A stretch of 64,000 bases of DNA from an uncultured Fibrobacterota bacterium. Its GTDB lineage: Bacteria; Fibrobacterota; Chitinivibrionia; Chitinivibrionales; FEN-1185. This document shows positions 60,392-64,000 of this stretch, piece after piece (position 1 is the first letter of the stretch; each line of letters starts with the position of its first letter). The notes under the pieces are model-generated. The model did no database searches and was not told where the DNA came from. It saw nothing but the letters and a program-made list of their open reading frames with translations. A program made the translations under genes and the position numbers. Where the stretch lies: contig CAVSQB010000027.1 of assembly GCA_963729895.1 (NCBI GenBank), positions 1 through 64,000 of the forward strand, read 5' to 3'.

Positions 60392-60890
60392 CGGTCATCC
60401 CGGCCGGAAACATTCTTTGACAGTACAAGCCAAGCTACCTGGGGCCGCTCACTTCTGTATCTGGGTGACGTGGGTTTTTTGCAGGCAGAGGGGGGTCTGC
60501 TGCAGACGACGCATTTGGCTCCAGGTGCTTGTGCTTTTCCCGCCGCCATAGAGGGCGGGCATTCTTAAAACGCAAATTGCCGGTACTCGTGCGCTATTCC
60601 TGTGCGTGGTTACCGGCTAGAAACCTCTTCCCGTTTGCGGAGGATGCCCGCCTCTTCTTTCCGCTGCAGCCGTCTCAGCCCCTTTATCGCACCCCGGCCT
60701 TTCACGTGGTTGTGGTACAAAGGGTTTCTATTGCGTATATTTCCAACCGGTTCCAACCGCATCCGACAGTGCGTTGTTGCCGGCCCGTGCTTCAATGCCG
60801 GACTTCGTCGGAATTATTTTGTCGCGAGGCGCCTTGCTTTGGCAGGGGCATTTCCGCACGTGCTCGATCATCCGAATCCCGATGGTACCG

Positions 60891-63422
60891 ATGAAACCAA
60901 ATTCCACGATTGCAGCGACGTGCCTTCTGCTTTCCGCTCTGGCGTTCCGCGCGCCCGGCGTCACCTACAATTTCGTGTATATCAATTTCTTTACCCAGGA
61001 CGTGGTGGAAAGCGGCCCCAACGCCGTTTTCAATTACTTCCCCTTCAAATTTGCCGACGAAAAAGCGGCCATCGCCGGCGTGTATCTCAATTACATCAGG
61101 AACAATGAGCCGCTCGCAACCGTTCCCATGACCAGAACGGGGGACCATTTTACCGCGACCGTGTCCGCGCCGGGTGCGGCCGCAGCGGTCGATTTCTACT
61201 ATACGCTCGTATGCGCGCCGCTTACCGGAACAGGAACCTTCTCCGATGATACGAAATGGTTCACCAAGGTGATGGGAATCCAGTTCGACCCTGCGCCGGC
61301 TTTCCCGCTCATAGTTCAGTCGAGCGGGCGCCTGCGCACCGCCCACGAAAACGAATACTGGTCGGATCTGTTCCCCGGCGCAGACTATCCGAATACCGTG
61401 TACACCCTTACCTTCAAGGACTACGGCGACAGCATAGAGTTCGCCGTTTTCCCCTGCATCAACAGCAGCAGCCTGGAGCTTCTTGCATTCAACCACAGTG
61501 TGGTGGATTCCGTGTGCAAACGCGCGGAGTTCGCCCTTAACATGGGAAGCTCCACCAATTTCCTCGTTGAGCGGCACACGGGCCCGACGCCCAAATTCCC
61601 CCAGGGATCGCCATACGGAGCCGCGACCCCGTGGTACACCGCAACGGTCTCCGCAGTTGCCTCAGGGGAGCTCGTGGACTTCGAGCTTTTGGTGACCGAT
61701 GCTGCGGGAACGAACACCTATCCCTCGGTGGTGTACCGGTACTACGTGGGCAGCGGGAAGCTGGGGCAGGAATATCAGCATCCCTGGGCCAACGCCGCGG
61801 GAGACGCTTCCATCAGTTCCGTTACGCAACCCGCGTTCGGTTTTTCCCAGCATGTGGTGAACGCCCTGCCCGGAAGATCGCAGGTCTTCCTGGCCGGCAA
61901 GGCGCTTTTTGACACCGACTGGAAGACTTCCTTTCTGCGCGCCGCAGCATCCGGGCCGGATTGCAACGGGAATGCCGGCGTCCCGCTGCTTGACAAAAGC
62001 CCCTTTTTCGTTTCCGGGGCGCTCGGGCCCAAATACCTTCAGGAAAGCTGCTTTGAATGCCACCACGAAGCCGGGCCGGGGCATCCGGCGGACAGCGCCG
62101 GCGACTCGCTCCAGGCGATCGTGTTTCTGGGAGTAAACGGGCCAAACGGGATTTCCCCTCATCCTCTGTACGGCGACATGCTCCGTTGCAAGACCGCCGA
62201 CGGCACCCCGCCCGACGGGAAGGTGCAGGTAACCTATACCAGCGTCGGTGGCGCGTTCAACGACGGGACCACCTACACGTTGCGGAAACCCGTTGTCAAT
62301 CTTGTCAATCTGTCGCAGGGACCCCTCGACAGCAACACGGTGTACTCCTACCGGGTGAGCCCTTTCCTGTGCGGCGCAGGCCTTCTTGAGGCCATTCCCG
62401 ACGACACCATCATGAACCATGCAGCCCAGAACGGCCGGAACGGCGACGGCATTTCCGGCATGCCGGCCATGGCCGTGGACCCCGTGGACGGCACGACCCG
62501 GATAGGCAGGTTCGGGTACAAGGCATCCATGCCGAGCCTCAAAGGGCAGATAGCCTATCTCGCCAACAGGTGCATCGGCCTTGCCAACCGATATTTCCCC
62601 GTTGACGGAAGCGGCGCTTCCGGCGTGGAGATTCCGGACTCCGGCCTGACGGCCCTGGTTTCCTTTGCCACGCTTCTTGCCCCGCCGCCGAGAAACAACT
62701 GGCGGGATTCCTCGGCGATTCGCGGCAAGGCGCTCTTTGAGAAATCCGGCTGTGCGGCGTGCCATGTTCCCGCGACCCGCACGGGAGGCGGTAACCTGTT
62801 TCCGGAACTTGACAACCTGGAAATCCAGCCGTTTACCGACCTCCTGCTGCACGACATGGGCCCCGACCTTGCCGACAAATACGGCCAGGGCAACGCCCTT
62901 GGATCGCAGTGGCGCACCGCCCCGTTGTGGGCGCTCGGGTTCGTTTCCGCGGCCGGCGGCAGGGAGAGCTATTTGCACGACGGCCGCGCCCGCAGTATTC
63001 TGGAGGCCATTTTGTGGCACGGCGGCGAGGCGCAGAAAGCGAAAAATGCGGTGCTCGGTTTCTCGGCGCAGCAACGGGACGACATTGTTTCATTCTGCAC
63101 GTATCCGTTCGCCGACCGGCTGCCGACGGCGCTCCCGAACGCCGTGACGGTCCCCTTGTCCCGCCGGAACTTCCAACGGCAGGTTCTCCTGTGCCAACCG
63201 AACCCGGTGCGGGCGATGGCGCGGTTTGCCCTGCCCGCCGCCAGCCCTCCCGCTTCGTTCTCAATGTACAATATGAGAGGCCAATGCCTTTTGAGGCAGT
63301 CGATTGCGGCAGGAACCGATGAAGTCCTGTGGAACAGCAGCGGGTACAAGGCCGGAAAATATCTGGCGCAGTTCTGCGGGCAAGGGCGGACCTACTCCAG
63401 GACGATTGTGGTGATCCGCTAG
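60891..63422 (+). CDS. Di-heme oxidoreductase (DHOR/DUF1111-like) with long N-terminal extension and T9SS-like CTD
   Basis: CFECH and CAACH; GAGLLEAIP, GRFGYKA, FTDLLLHDMG, WRTAPLW, YLHDGRAR and AILWHGGEA. Confidence 0.88.
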   Translation: MKPNSTIAATCLLLSALAFRAPGVTYNFVYINFFTQDVVESGPNAVFNYFPFKFADEKAAIAGVYLNYIRNNEPLATVPMTRTGDHFTATVSAPGAAAAVDFYYTLVCAPLTGTGTFSDDTKWFTKVMGIQFDPAPAFPLIVQSSGRLRTAHENEYWSDLFPGADYPNTVYTLTFKDYGDSIEFAVFPCINSSSLELLAFNHSVVDSVCKRAEFALNMGSSTNFLVERHTGPTPKFPQGSPYGAATPWYTATVSAVASGELVDFELLVTDAAGTNTYPSVVYRYYVGSGKLGQEYQHPWANAAGDASISSVTQPAFGFSQHVVNALPGRSQVFLAGKALFDTDWKTSFLRAAASGPDCNGNAGVPLLDKSPFFVSGALGPKYLQESCFECHHEAGPGHPADSAGDSLQAIVFLGVNGPNGISPHPLYGDMLRCKTADGTPPDGKVQVTYTSVGGAFNDGTTYTLRKPVVNLVNLSQGPLDSNTVYSYRVSPFLCGAGLLEAIPDDTIMNHAAQNGRNGDGISGMPAMAVDPVDGTTRIGRFGYKASMPSLKGQIAYLANRCIGLANRYFPVDGSGASGVEIPDSGLTALVSFATLLAPPPRNNWRDSSAIRGKALFEKSGCAACHVPATRTGGGNLFPELDNLEIQPFTDLLLHDMGPDLADKYGQGNALGSQWRTAPLWALGFVSAAGGRESYLHDGRARSILEAILWHGGEAQKAKNAVLGFSAQQRDDIVSFCTYPFADRLPTALPNAVTVPLSRRNFQRQVLLCQPNPVRAMARFALPAASPPASFSMYNMRGQCLLRQSIAAGTDEVLWNSSGYKAGKYLAQFCGQGRTYSRTIVVIR

Positions 63423-63600
63423 AATGCCGGTCGAATGGGTTCGCCGTTCCCGCCGCGACACGATGCGCGTTGATTCTTCGCGTTGCATAAGTTGTGGGCA
63501 AAAACCCAAGGGAAAAGGTATAATTAGCGTATGTTGATGTTTTCCGAGGTTGACGCATAATCTTCCAGAGTCCGGCGGCCCTGCCGGATCGAAACGGTCC

Positions 63601-64000
63601 ATGGATAATCCGGACGACAAGATAATCGTGCGAAACGTCGCGCTTTCCGCCACGCCTTCCCCCGTTGCGTTGCCGGACGGTAAAGAACAGATACCGCTCG
63701 GCTCGGGCATCATCACAAAGCTCCTGGGCCAGGGCGGCATGGCGGCGGTGTACGAAATCTGGAACTCCCAGCTCGAAATGTTCCGCGCTGTCAAGCTGAT
63801 CAACCCGGGCTCCACCGAAGCGGTGAGGCAGCGCTTTCAGACCGAAATCAAGATCAGCGCGAAGCTTTCCCATCCCAACATCGTGGAAATCCACGGCGTG
63901 GGAGAGTGGAACGGCCTGCCCTTCATCGAAATGGAAAAGATCAACGGCATAGGACTGGACGCGCTCATTGCGGAACGGGGAGCGCTGCCGCCCGTGGTGT
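63601..64000 (+). CDS. Hanks-type Ser/Thr protein kinase, partial (runs off the window)
   Basis: LGQGGMAAVY, AVKLI, RFQTE, LSHPNIVEIH and FIEME. Confidence 0.92.
   Translation, partial: MDNPDDKIIVRNVALSATPSPVALPDGKEQIPLGSGIITKLLGQGGMAAVYEIWNSQLEMFRAVKLINPGSTEAVRQRFQTEIKISAKLSHPNIVEIHGVGEWNGLPFIEMEKINGIGLDALIAERGALPPVV

Overview
Chromosomal window from a GC-rich bacterium, most likely Fibrobacterota (Chitinivibrionia/Chitinispirillum-like). That assignment is inferred from two TIGR02147-type paralogs, a Fibrobacter major-paralogous-domain (FISUMP) lipoprotein and many secreted glycan-active proteins with T9SS-like C-terminal domains. Core genes: dnaE, a plsC-like acyltransferase, tonB, tRNA-Arg(CCT), an smpB-amidase-murI-yebC-ruvC-ruvA-ruvB cluster, a HIT protein and an RluA synthase. 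Seven IS copies occupy about 9.8 kb: three apparently identical IS5-family copies, a second IS5-type element, IS1380, IS3 and IS1182. Three of them sit inside one methyltransferase gene, which reconstructs as an intact frame when they are removed. Best candidates for undescribed biology: (1) two TIGR02147 + translationally coupled lipoprotein pairs, together with a fixed-spacing upstream DNA architecture (GAACA-N30-GTAACT-N20-ATGTAAACA-N4-GTGTACG, then a -10-like box 44-45 bp on) found before the first regulator and two neighbouring secreted-protein units, suggesting a regulator-lipoprotein-operator glycan-response system; (2) a dispersed, modular non-coding element family (29.9, 33.9, 49.4, 50.2 kb) with ~40-bp-period tandem hairpins and a G.U-supported stem; (3) a second structured repeat at the 5' end of two CAZyme genes; (4) an orphan DGR-like variable region. 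All family assignments come from motif recognition by eye; no database search was run.
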